Assembly: GCF_000143415.4 (NCBI RefSeq)
Contig: NW_003314265.1
Span: 944,405 to 1,008,404 of the forward strand
Direction: 5' to 3'
Source: Selaginella moellendorffii
Lineage: Eukaryota; Plantae; Lycopodiophyta
DNA length: 64,000 nt
The position numbers and the translations under genes are program-made. The notes beneath the pieces were generated by a model. That model had not been told where the DNA came from and made no database searches. It saw only the letters and a program-made list of their open reading frames with translations. Position 1 is the stretch's first letter. Each line of letters opens with the position of its first letter. Positions 51,389-62,517 of this stretch are shown here, in pieces.

Positions 51389-52737
51389 TCGAGGATCCAA
51401 AGCGAAAGAAGGAGAGGAGGGGAGGGGAGGGGAAAATCCTGTGTACAGTTTCGGGTTGGAGAGGTACGCGCCGTGCGTGCTGACGAGCTACACGAAAGAA
51501 ACAAACAAACCAAGGTACTTAACAAGCTTCGATTGGGAAAACTGCTGTGGTTCTCATATTCTTTGGTGATGATAAGATATGATCCAACACTACTTATAAG
51601 CTACGTCCATTCAAACTTCGGGGAGGAGGAAGTAAGTTCTCCTGGAATCCGGATTCGGATCATCCGTCGCGTGTTACTCCCGTGCTCCAGATATATAGGC
51701 CGGAGGCAGCTAGATAACAGGGGAAGCAGAACAGGTTTTCTTATGGGATAGAGTGCACAGGCAGTCGCAGGCAGGCGCAGCGCAGGGGTTCTTTTTTCTC
51801 TCGCTCTCTCTCCTCCTCAGATTGTGGGATTAAGTAAGAATTGTTCCAAGCTATCAACAGCAGGATCAAGGCGGCGCTGGCTATACGCCTCGGGAACAGG
51901 CGACATAGATGGTGCTAATAGGGAGGAGAAAACAAATGGATATCGTGCGCGACCAGGGATGATGCTGCTGCTGCTGCTGCTGCCAGGTAGCCATTTGCTA
52001 CGAGTACAAGTGGAGGCAGGAGAGCACGCTACAGGGCAGTGACTTGTTTTCTACGATCAGTGGAGGAAGTCCGAAGGATTAGCTCAGGCTGAAGTGAATC
52101 ACACGACAAAATGCGGCACGGCGTTTATGGAGAGGCGATTTCTCGTCGACAGCTTTAGCGGGGACGAGAGAGCTTGGACGACTTTTTCACACCACGGCAG
52201 TGGTGCCACAGGAAAGCGACACACATTGGTGACGAGACGCGACGAGACGAGACGACGAAGAGGCTATGGCATGGGATGGGATGGGATGGGGGGCTTTTTC
52301 TTCCGAGTTGTTTACATCTGGGGATTGGACTTTGGAACTTTGGACAGGATCAAAAGGTGATCGCTGTGTAGCACGGATTCGAAACCAGCTGTTGGCATTT
52401 AAGACGTGTGATGGAGATATCGAGAGTCGTCCATCGAATCGAAGCTATAGTGTTTTTTTTTTCTTTCATCTTTCTTCTTTCTTTTAGGAGGCTGATTGCA
52501 AAGCGATGGCTTGAGATCAAAGGAAAAGCTGGAGCGCTTTGAGAATCTTAACTGGTGTGATTCTTACGTTTATAAAAGGAAATTTTATTCGTATTCCGTC
52601 GCTGGAGTGTTAGGCCCTGGGTGCTTTCAGCGCTGGTTTTTTCCCACTAGATTATGACTTTGAATCTCTTTCCCAAAGCATATTCTTTACAGAAAGATCT
52701 GGAAGAAAACGTATTGACAAGCTAAACCTTTTATGAT

Positions 52738-54445
52738 TCACTCTTCTTCTTCACTGTCGCTGATGCTTTTACCAATCAGCTCTCCCAATTCATCCTCTGT
52801 AAATCGGTATTCTTCACCGCAAGCGTCACAAAATGCCTCAATGTAGCCTACAAAGATTAAACGCCGTGATTCGAGAAACAACGAAAGAAACAAACCACCT
52901 TTTGACTTGAGTGCCTGTCGAATCTGCCAGAATCCCTTGCTAGAGATCTCGTTCTCCAGTATGCGCTGTTTCATCTCTAGGCCGCAAGGACCGAATCTAG
53001 GATTTATCTGCAAGCCGTAAGAAGTTTTACGAGGAGAGAAACAGTTGAGAAGATCTCGCTCACCGTGCGGATGGTCTTGCGACGACCAATTCCTTGGAAC
53101 AGGAGCTCGCAAATCTCGTCAGCGTTTATGTTCCACTTAGGAAGATCTCGCGTGTTTTTCGCCATCCGGTCGAGCGTCATTTTGGAAACACTGGGCAGAG
53201 CCTGGAACTCAAGTAAAACGCTTTGGAATCGCTTTAAATTTTTTAAAGAGCGTTCTCTACCTGGTAAACGTAGCCTCGAGCACAAGTGATGGTTCCTTGC
53301 TTGTCAAGGAAAACACCAAACGAAGCAAAGGAATGAAGCTGCAGCCAAGAACAAAATCAAAAGAGAACAAGCAAAACAAGTTGTTTTCGTGACGTGAAAG
53401 CTCACCTTACGAGCTTCTGCAAGATAAGTCTCGACTCCTTTCGATATATTTCCTCTCGAGAGTTGCACAGGCCTCCTATAACCCCGGTGTCAAAAAGCTG
53501 TGGTTTAGAAGGAAAAAACTTAGAAAGAAGAACAAGCAAAGACGAAGCATACACTTTAAGTCTCTTCCACGAAGAATTGTGGAGCGTGACTGTTAAGTTG
53601 CCACGCTCGCCAAGAGTTCCACGCGCATCAAGCTGGAGCATAAGAGACGATTATAAGCAAGACTGCGAATAGAGGAAGCTTACCAAGCCATTTGGAAGGC
53701 ATGGAAAATCACTCCTTGGGAAATCCACATAGCCTTTGACAAGCCCGGTGTTTGAGCCGATTGCTGTGATTCCTCCAAGTGGTCCACCGCTTCCAACAAT
53801 CGTGATCTAGAACTTGAATGAGAAGGAGACGAAAACAAAGGCCAAGCAAGCAAACAAAATGGCCACCTTTATATTCTCGGCAGCGGCTTCAATAGCGTGG
53901 AGAAGAAGTGTTGCCATCAAAGCTTGTCCGAGAATCACAGTTGCCTGGAACAAGAAGAAGAAAGGATGAAAACTACGAAAGGAATGAGAATAACAATTTG
54001 GCTCTGGTCGTACCGCTCGGGCAGTGGAAAAGCGACGTTGGGCTTCTCGGACAACACTGGTCGCTGTGACACTGACCACTGATACCTGGACGAAAGATTC
54101 TCATAAAAACTAAGAACATGGACGAAAGATTCTCAAAAAAACTAAGAACAAGACATTAGAAAAAGAGAACCTCGTCACTCTCCGATACGCAATGTAGGAT
54201 CCGATCGCAGCTTAAACCAATCGGAGCAACTGGAACGCGATCTCCAACAACGCTGTAGCTCCCCCAAGGCCATGTAGAGCGACCCTTTTGAAAATCCTCT
54301 ATAGAAGCTCGAGAATTACTCGAGATCGAGGGAAGAATGAGAAGATCGTCGACATACCAGCAATGGGTCGAGCGTCCAGTGGCAGCGCGAAACGCCCACG
54401 TCCGCCCAGAGTGAAATGCCGCACGAAAAATCTCGGCAAGGCCAT
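52738..54445 (-). CDS. Hsp33 (HslO-like) chaperone, probably organelle-targeted, multi-exon
   Basis: DRILHCVSE..VSVVSVTATSVVREAQRRF..ATVILGQALMATLLL, GGPLGGITAIG..GLVKGYV and C-terminal PRFGPCG...IEAFCDACGEEYRF. The N-terminal MALPRFFVRHF looks like a transit peptide. Confidence 0.82.
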
Positions 54446-54510
54446 AAACCCTTAAAACCACATAAGGGGAATAAAAACCATTCTCGTCGATAGGGTTTGC
54501 GGGCGATCGC

Positions 54511-57500
54511 ATGGCGGTGGAGGAGGAGGAAGAGCGCAATGCTGGTGGCGCCGGTCCCAGCCGGATCACAGGTATCGCTACGGATTTGAGGAAACGAGGA
54601 GCCGGCGGGATCGGAGGCGACGACGATCAGCGCAAGAAGCCGAAGATCGAGGACATGCCCGCCGATTTTCTCGATTTTCTGCCCAACGCGAACGATGCCT
54701 CCCCGGAAGATGACGCCGTCGTCAGTGCCCCGCGGCCGAATCGCTGTCGCCAGTTTTGGAAGGCTGGAGATTACGACGGTTCCGGCGCGCAAACAATGCC
54801 AGGTAGTAATTGTTTCGATTGTTTGCGATCAATCCTTTCTCTTTTGCTGTGTAGCTAGCATGGATCACGTACGCATGCATCCAAAGTTCCTCCATTCCAA
54901 TGCAACAAGCCACAAGTGGGCTCTCGGCGGTACTTAGAAAAGTCTTGCTAGTTTTCTTCTTTGTGTTTTAATCTATGATCTCTTGCTCGGTTCGCAGCCA
55001 TAGCGGAGCTGCTGGACAATGCGCTCGATGAGGCTCAAAATGGAGCGACGTTTGTCAACATCAACGTTCTCAAGAATCCGGTTGATGGCTCGCCGATGCT
55101 TCTCTTTGAAGGTTCGCAAGATGTTTTCTAGCTGTGTTTTCTTCTTGCAGCAACGCTTTGTTTGTTGATCCAGATAACGGCGGAGGAATGACCCAGGAGC
55201 GTTTGCGAGAATGCATGTCCTTTGGGTACTCTGCGAAGGATAAAGCCGCTAACATGATTGGACAATGTATGTGCTCTATTTCGTTTTCTCTTTCTCCATC
55301 TCAGTTTGGAAATCTATTCAGATGGAAACGGTTTTAAGACGAGTACCATGCGCCTGGGTGCTGATGTCATCGTTTTTTCGAAATCGAATGCAAAGAGAGG
55401 CGGCAGGTATAAAAGTTGGTTGCCAAAGTATTTCCCATTTCCCATTCTTCTTTACGTTTGATACAGGCCTACACGGAGTGTCGGGTTCCTCTCCTACAGT
55501 TTCCTGCGTGACACAATGCAGCAGGACATCATAGTTCCTACGGTACTCTTAATAGAGAAATTCTCTGGGGTGTGAATTCACCTTGTTCTTGGTTGCAGCT
55601 GGATTACGAAGAGCACGGGGGTGAGCTGAAAGAGGTCCAACGAGGCACACATCAGGATTGGAAATATCGCATGGACGCGATCACGAAATGGAGTCCTTAT
55701 CAGTCTGAAGAATCGATTCGCAGCCAAGTAAGCACTCTGGATCTACATCCAATCTTAAGTTATGTGTCTCTCTGTGATGCCAGTTCAAGAAAATTAAGGG
55801 CCAAGGTACTAGAATCATTATCTACAATCTCTGGGAGGATGAGCAGCAGCGGCTGGAACTAGACTTTGAATCAGATCCTCAAGTATGCTTTGAAATTGTT
55901 TTTGGTTTACTTCACTGACCTCCTTCAAGGACATTCAAATTAGGGGCGGCCGTGATGATTCTCAACGTGATATGGCGGAAAAATATCCCAGTGCGAAGCA
56001 CTTCTTTTTGTACCAAAATTCTCTCAGGGTGAGAAAGAACATGTGTTTTGCTGTCATAAATTCATCCATTTGGTTTTGCAGATATATGCTTCGATTTTGT
56101 ACTTGCATCTGCCAAAGAACTTCAAGATCACCCTTCGAAACCAGGAGATCAAACACCATAATATCCTGAGCGACGTAATGCACATTGAGGAGCTTGTTTA
56201 CAAGCCTCAAAAGGATGGACAAAACGGGGTAAACGTAGGCATCTGTTTTCTTTTTGTTTCCCTTTGAAATCATGCGCCTTTTGGGTGCAGATGTCTGCAA
56301 AAGTACACCTCGGTTTTCTAAAGGATGCCCGTGAACACATAGATGTGCAAGGATTCAATGTCTATCACAAAAATCGGCTTATAAAGGTAGCCAATGGCTC
56401 GTTAGCTTCTTTTCTCATTCGATCTGTAACAGCCATTCTGGAGAATATGGAATTCGTCGAGCAGTCAAGGACGAGGTGTCATTGGTGAGTTTTGCAGCTT
56501 TTATTTTGGTCTCTTACATTTTTTTTCTGGTGGTTTAGGAGTTTTGGAGGCAAATTTTGTGGAACCTGCTCATGACAAACAAGGATTTGAAAGGACACCC
56601 GTTCTTCAACGACTTGAGCATCGGCTGCAACTTATGCAGAAGAAATTCTGGTTAGCACTCCCCTTGTTGCCGTTTGTTCTTAATGGTTTTCTATGCAGGA
56701 ATAACAACTGCCAGAAGGTGGGATATCAGGGACCTCCTGCTACTGGTTCTGCTACCAAGAAAAGGAAGACGATGCATGAGGACGAGATTTTATATCGACC
56801 ACGGAGAGCTGATCGTCTCCAAGGTAGGACTTTTTACCTTCAGCACCAGAATGATGTTTCTTCGTTTTAGACAAAGCCATCAGGAGTTCTAGAAGATGCT
56901 CATCATCATCCTCGGAAGTTTCAGACGATGAAGATGAGAGGCCAGTGAAAGAAGCTTTTCCTCGAAAGGCCAAGATACAGGCAAAGAAGGCCTTCAGGGA
57001 TCCAAATGCTGTCGATGAAGTGGACGTTGGAAGCCGGGTATGTGGTGCAAATCTCATGAGCAGCATTAACTTAGTAATATGCAGTTTGCGAAGCCAAAGG
57101 AAACAATCCCATCAAAACCAAAGCCAGTTCCCCATGTCCCATCCAAATCTAAGGAATCTGCTGTAGCTGTAGTACCAGTAGCGACAGCAAAGGACTCTCT
57201 GATACTCGATGACTTTGAAGCTGAGGAACAGGTCGAACCAACGGATCATCAGCTGAGGGAGCTAGAGGAAGAGACGAACGTTTTAGCTACCCGGTTTGTG
57301 AATTTTTTATTTTATTTTATTTTATTTTATTGTATTGCCTTCAAAACTCACTTTCAGTCTCCCGTTCAGAATGGAGAGGCTGGAGGAAGCCGGAAATGCA
57401 CAGCTAGAAGTAGGGGTTGCTCGAACACAGGAGCTGGAAGAAACGGTACTCGTCCCTCTCTCCCTTTCTCTCTCTGATTTGCATTGTTACAGGTTCATCG

Positions 57501-57878
57501 GCTTGAAATGGAGTTAGCTTTTGTACAGAATGGGCTGCTAGAGGAGTGCAACAAATACAAGCGAGAGCTCGAGGAAGAGAAGAAGCAGCGCGTCCTTGAT
57601 GATGCTGAAATCAGGAAGAAGCTCAAGGTTTGTCTAGTCATATTATTCTTTGTTGTTCTAAAGAGAGTGTGCAACAGACACTGGAGAGCGAGAAGAAAAT
57701 CCTGGAGAAGGAGAACAAGTGTCTCCGGGAGAAACTTGGATTGAAAGTAGATGCTATAATTAGTTAATATATGGTTTTCTGTTTTTCTATATTTTTTCTC
57801 TCCAAGTTTTTTCTTCTAAACCAGGGGAGGCCAGTGCAAGAGAGGAAATACTCAAAACTTATCTCGCAGGGCTCGTAA
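54511..57878 (+). CDS. MORC: MORC (microrchidia) GHKL ATPase, MORC4/7-like, multi-exon
   Basis: [95 protein letters not shown] and a C-terminal coiled coil. The last exon is uncertain (stop at 57767 or 57878). Confidence 0.93.
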
Positions 57879-58259
57879 GCTAAGCTTTGATATTTGCTTT
57901 GATTTATTTTTTATTTTATTTTATTTTACTTTTTGGCTGCAGCTTCATTCCTTCGCTTCGCGATGGTGTTTTCCCTGACACCATCACTCGAGGCTACGTT
58001 TACCAGGTAGCAATCGCTTTTAAAATTTGTTTCGTCGAGCGATCCTATTACGATTGCGGAATCTGCCTAGTGTTTCCAAAGTGACGCTCGACCGCATGGC
58101 AGAAAACAGGCGAGATCTATCTTCCTCAGTCGATGTCAAGGCTATGTGGATTTCCCATGGATGATTTTCCATGCCTTCCAAATGGCTTGGTAAGCTTCCT
58201 CTATTTATCATGCAGGATCTATGTGCTCTAGCTTGATGCTCGTGGAACTCTAGGGGCAA

Positions 58260-59800
58260 GGATGAGGATTCCGATGGCGCGAGTCCGGTGAGCAATCTAG
58301 TTGAATTGGAGGGTGAGCCGGAGCAAACCTCAAGTGCTAAATACGTTCCTCCTCACCAGCGAAAGCGAGATCCTTCCGAGGATGAAGTTCGCGTCAAAAG
58401 AAGAATCAAAGGTACGTTCTCATGGGAGAGGCCGTTTTTTTCCTCCCTCTCTTTGCTTAGTTCCTTGCTTCAACTAACATAGGAGATTGCCGAGTTCTTC
58501 CAGGTAAAACGCACTTGAAAGCCCTGTTGTTTCTACGTGGGGTGATTTTATAGCAGGAGCTTCATGACCGAGACGATCACTGATCATGTCTTGAAGTCTT
58601 GCTCCAGTGGTCCCCGTGGTAACGAGCAGTGAGCACAGTAATGCTTCTCTCACGCTGCTCTCTGTCCTCACATATTATAGTTTCATGGATAAATTTACGA
58701 AGCAGTCTTTGCAGCGAGCATCTCTGGCATCGCTTGTCTCGTCGGGATGGATTTCGGTGCTAATTTTATGGCGGGGCTTTGAGGTGAAACTCCTGGAGGC
58801 GTTTTTCAAATGGGACGACGCGCTGATTTTTCGGTTCTTATGTTTACGTTTTACTGCAGAGACAATATGAAAAGGTCTAGCTGTTCGCAACCTTACGCTT
58901 CTTGATTCTTCGCTCTACAGCTTGGGATTGATTACAAGGTGCGCTTGTGGTCTTTCTTTTTCGGTTTAACACATTTGTTCTTGAATGAAACAGCGAGCTG
59001 GTATACTTTTGCACCTCCTCTGCAAACGATTCCAGGAAATAGATGCCCATCGATGAAAGAGTTCATTCTTGCTGTTCAAGAACGCACGTCGGATTTATTC
59101 CACGACCGTGGGTGGCAAACCGAGCTCGAACCGGTGGCATGCAGCATGGAGCTGAAATGCCGAAACGAGTAAGCAATTGTCAAAACGTTTTTTTAATTTT
59201 ATTTTTGTTTGTACACACGCACGGAACTCCTGTAGGTGGACTTTATACTCGAGGGGATTTTTCGAAGTTTAAAACAATGCTCGTCATCCAAGGATGAAGA
59301 AGTGGCTTCAAAAGGTGTGTGTGTATCACATTCGCTTTACTTGCATTTTAGTAGCTTTGTTACTAGCTAAAAGTCGAGGACATACAACTGCGTTCCATAC
59401 CCTGGAAGAAGCTACTCGGTCCTCAAAAGAAAGGTCAGTGGTGGCTCGGGACAGTCTCGAATGAAGCAGACGACGCCGAAGTTCCACAAGTGGTGGATCT
59501 GATTGACTCTGAGATATTTGAAGCTGAGAAAGTGCACAAGCTAGCAGCTGCCCAAAGAATGAACACAGGCGCAAGACGAGCTATTTCTCTTTCGTTATGA
59601 GCAGCGAAAACTAGATTGATGCATTACTGAGGCTCACCGTGACGGTATCTCTCTCGATTCGTCAATTTACGAAGGTTGTTTGGTTTTTCTTTCTACCAGG
59701 ACCGACAAATCATGAGAGTCATCCTCGAATGGGTATCTGTACAAGATTTAATTAATTGGACTATCGTATTAAGGATTTTGTTCAAAGATAATAGCATGTG
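58260..59800 (+). pseudogene. NOM1/Sgd1-like nucleolar MIF4G-MA3 gene remnant
   Basis: AKYVPPHQRK...VKRRIKG, MKEFILAVQER, KGQWWLG, LAAAQRMNTGARRAI and DRQIMRVIL lie in broken frames; the remnant ends at the PPR gene. Confidence 0.7.
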
Positions 59801-59831
59801 TATTCTAAAAACAAGGAAATAAGATTCAATA

Positions 59832-62066
59832 TCACCAGAAGCCTCCACACGAGCAACTTCCATCCACGAACCTGTGGAAACGAACAGCATCCCTGCAAAC
59901 GATGGTCCTCCCCTCGAGCCTGGAGATCAAAGCAGTAGCCTCATGACAGTCATCACACACCCGCAGGTTCTTGACAATGCGAATGGCCGTCCCTGGAGCT
60001 GAGTTGACGAGAGCACAGGCTATGGCCAGCTTCTCGCTGTGCCCGCAAAGAGCCCACTCCTTCTCCTCGTCGGGCACGTTTGCTAGAACGCTCGAGAGGC
60101 GGGGAACATAACCGGCCTGGAGCTTCATCCTGGACAAGAGATGATCGAGCTTGAAGTGGATCTCTTCGCCCTGTGGATGGTGCTTGGCGTCCCCGGCCGA
60201 GAACTTGTGTACTCTTCCAGTGGAGCTGTCAGTCCAGGAGCTCAATCCGGGCTCCCTCTTCCAGGCCCCGGCTTTGATCCTCAAAGCTCGGACTCTGGCG
60301 GCCTCGTCCCAGTTGCCGACGCTTGCGTAGATGCTCGACATGAGAATGTAGGCTGAGGAGTTTGTATCGTCCAGCTTCACGAGGGCCTCGAAGGCCATGC
60401 GTCCAACTCCGACGTTCTTCCACTTTCGAGCGGAGCTCAGCAGTGTTGTCCAGGTGACTTCGTTGGGAGGAAAAGGCATGGATCGCAGCAACGCCACAGC
60501 ACTGTCGAGATGGTTCGCTCGTCCGAGGAGATCGATCATGCAGGTGTAGTGCTGAACAGTCGGCGATCGTAGAGACGAGAAGTATCTCTTGCCTTGCTCG
60601 ACGAGACCCGCGTGGTTGCAAGCCGTGAGGATCGACAGGAGCATGATCTCGTCCGGCTGCAAGTGTCTCTCCTCCCTCTCCATCCTCTCGAGGAGCTCAA
60701 ACACGCTTCTTGTGTCGCCCTGGCTGCTGTATCCCGTCACGAGTGAGCTCCACGATACCAGATCCTTTCGCCGGATTAGCTCAAACACCTCCCGAGCGTC
60801 CTCCATGCAGCCACACTTCCCGTAGAAATCGACCAGCGCATTCGCGACGACGAGATTGGTTTCCAGTCCAGCACCCCTGACTTGAGCCTCGATCTCTCTT
60901 CCACTCTCCAGCGCCGCCAGGCTTCCACAGGCTTGCAGCGCAGCCACAAAGGTGACGGCATCTGGAACGCAGCCGTGCTCCTTCATCCGGGAGAAGAACC
61001 CGAGAGCCAGCTCGCCATCGCCACCTTGAGCGTAGCCGGATATCATCGCAGTCCACGAAACCACGTCGTGCTGCTTCATTCCATCGAAGACCTCTCGAGC
61101 TTCCACCAGGCTGCCACACTTGGCGTACATGTCCACCAGCGCAGTCGCCAAGACCGTGTCTTTCCAATCCATTCCATGAGCTCGAGTGATCTGCAGGTGG
61201 AGAGCTCGTCCCCGTTCCAGGCACTCGAGCTTGACAAATCTTCCACCCAGCAGCCTGGCTTCCTCCTTCTCAGCTAGAACAGCGCAGGCCTTGAGCGCAG
61301 CGAGAACCGTGACACGATCCGGGAGAAAGCCCCGAGCTTGCATGAGCTCGAAAAACTCCAGAGCCAACTTTGCGTTGCCGGCGTGAGCGTATCCCAGGAT
61401 GATCGCTGTCCAGGAAACCACGTCGTGTCTCTTCATGCTGTCAAACACGCCGCGAGCTTCCACCATACTGCCGCATCTAGCATACATATGGACCAAGTTG
61501 CTGGCGAGAAAGAGCTCCAGCTCGTTCTCCTCTTTCTTTTTCTCGATCCGATGGAGAGCGACCGAGTGGATCGATCTCACTTTGTCTAAGCATTCGTGCT
61601 GTGCTCGCTCCGCCAGCTTCGAGCAGGCCTTCAGAGCGGCGAGAAGCGTGACCGAGTTTGGCTTGCAAGTGGCCTCGTTCTGCATCCGCGAGAAGAGCTT
61701 TAGAGCGGTGCTGGAGTCTCCGGCTTGGGCGTAGCCAAGGATGATGGAGTTCCAGGACACCACGTCGCGGTACTCCATGCTCTCGAAGACTTGACGAGCA
61801 TCCGGCAGGCTCCCACACTTGCAATACATGTCGCTCAAGACGTTCCTCACGAAGATGTTGGAGTAGTCGCCGGTGACGAGGGCGTCCCTGTGAATTCTTC
61901 TGCCGGTTTCTATGTCCCTGCTGTTCTTGCATTGCTTGAGAGCTTCCAGCACCACCCCGATGCTCGGTCTCACACCCCGCTGCTTGAGTTCTTCGTAGGC
62001 AGCGATGGAATTCTCCCTGGAGCTTGAGTTGGTGTTGCTGTGCTGGATCCTGGGCTGCATCGTCAT
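59832..62066 (-). CDS. PLS-class PPR protein with DYW cytidine-deaminase domain (RNA editing factor)
   Basis: PPR array, PG box (REPGLSSW), HSEKLAIA, KNLRVCDDCH and C-terminal CSCGGFW. Confidence 0.95.
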   Translation of the reverse strand: MTMQPRIQHSNTNSSSRENSIAAYEELKQRGVRPSIGVVLEALKQCKNSRDIETGRRIHRDALVTGDYSNIFVRNVLSDMYCKCGSLPDARQVFESMEYRDVVSWNSIILGYAQAGDSSTALKLFSRMQNEATCKPNSVTLLAALKACSKLAERAQHECLDKVRSIHSVALHRIEKKKEENELELFLASNLVHMYARCGSMVEARGVFDSMKRHDVVSWTAIILGYAHAGNAKLALEFFELMQARGFLPDRVTVLAALKACAVLAEKEEARLLGGRFVKLECLERGRALHLQITRAHGMDWKDTVLATALVDMYAKCGSLVEAREVFDGMKQHDVVSWTAMISGYAQGGDGELALGFFSRMKEHGCVPDAVTFVAALQACGSLAALESGREIEAQVRGAGLETNLVVANALVDFYGKCGCMEDAREVFELIRRKDLVSWSSLVTGYSSQGDTRSVFELLERMEREERHLQPDEIMLLSILTACNHAGLVEQGKRYFSSLRSPTVQHYTCMIDLLGRANHLDSAVALLRSMPFPPNEVTWTTLLSSARKWKNVGVGRMAFEALVKLDDTNSSAYILMSSIYASVGNWDEAARVRALRIKAGAWKREPGLSSWTDSSTGRVHKFSAGDAKHHPQGEEIHFKLDHLLSRMKLQAGYVPRLSSVLANVPDEEKEWALCGHSEKLAIACALVNSAPGTAIRIVKNLRVCDDCHEATALISRLEGRTIVCRDAVRFHRFVDGSCSCGGFW

Positions 62067-62360
62067 TGTTGTTGCTCCTCTTCCAGCTTAGATGGAATTT
62101 TTCCTGAAAAGAAAATGAGGAAGCAATCTTGACGTTATTGGTTTTTTCTACCTTGGGGGTGAGTTTGTGAGCTACCGCCTTCGTCCACTTCCATTCCATC
62201 AAGAACGAACAAGTTCATCCTCGAATGCCAATGCCTGCAAAATCTGCAATAGAGGTGTGACACCCAAAATCTAGAGACGAATTACCTGAAAATCTCTTCA
62301 TCGCCCACTAGAAGCACGACAAGTTCCATGGCCATTCCGCAAAAAAAATCTTTTCACTCC

Positions 62361-62432
62361 AGGAGGCAACCAGGATCGAACTAGTGACCTATCGGACTGC
62401 AGCCGATTGCTCTACCACTGACCTATACCTCC
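62361..62432 (-). tRNA. tRNA-Cys(GCA)
   Basis: GGAGGTATAGGTCAGTGGTAGAGCAATCGGCTGCAGTCCGATAGGTCACTAGTTCGATCCTGGTTGCCTCCT: 7-bp acceptor stem, ATCGG/CCGAT anticodon stem with GCA, U73 discriminator. An oligo-T terminator follows (A-run at 62341-62348 on +). Confidence 0.88.
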
Positions 62433-62517
62433 ATCATACAAAGTAATTCTGGTTAATAGTGATAAGACTCTACAAAGTAATGCTTCCAGTTCTTACTTTG
62501 TCCTAGTTGAGTGTTGA

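Noticed and set aside
54087-54151. ~32-bp tandem duplication in an Hsp33 intron
   Set aside because: Ordinary slippage duplication with no evident effect on the reading frame.
57821-57839. Partial complementarity to miR408
   Set aside because: Requires gaps and mismatches, overlaps a possible splice acceptor, and MORC is not a known target class.
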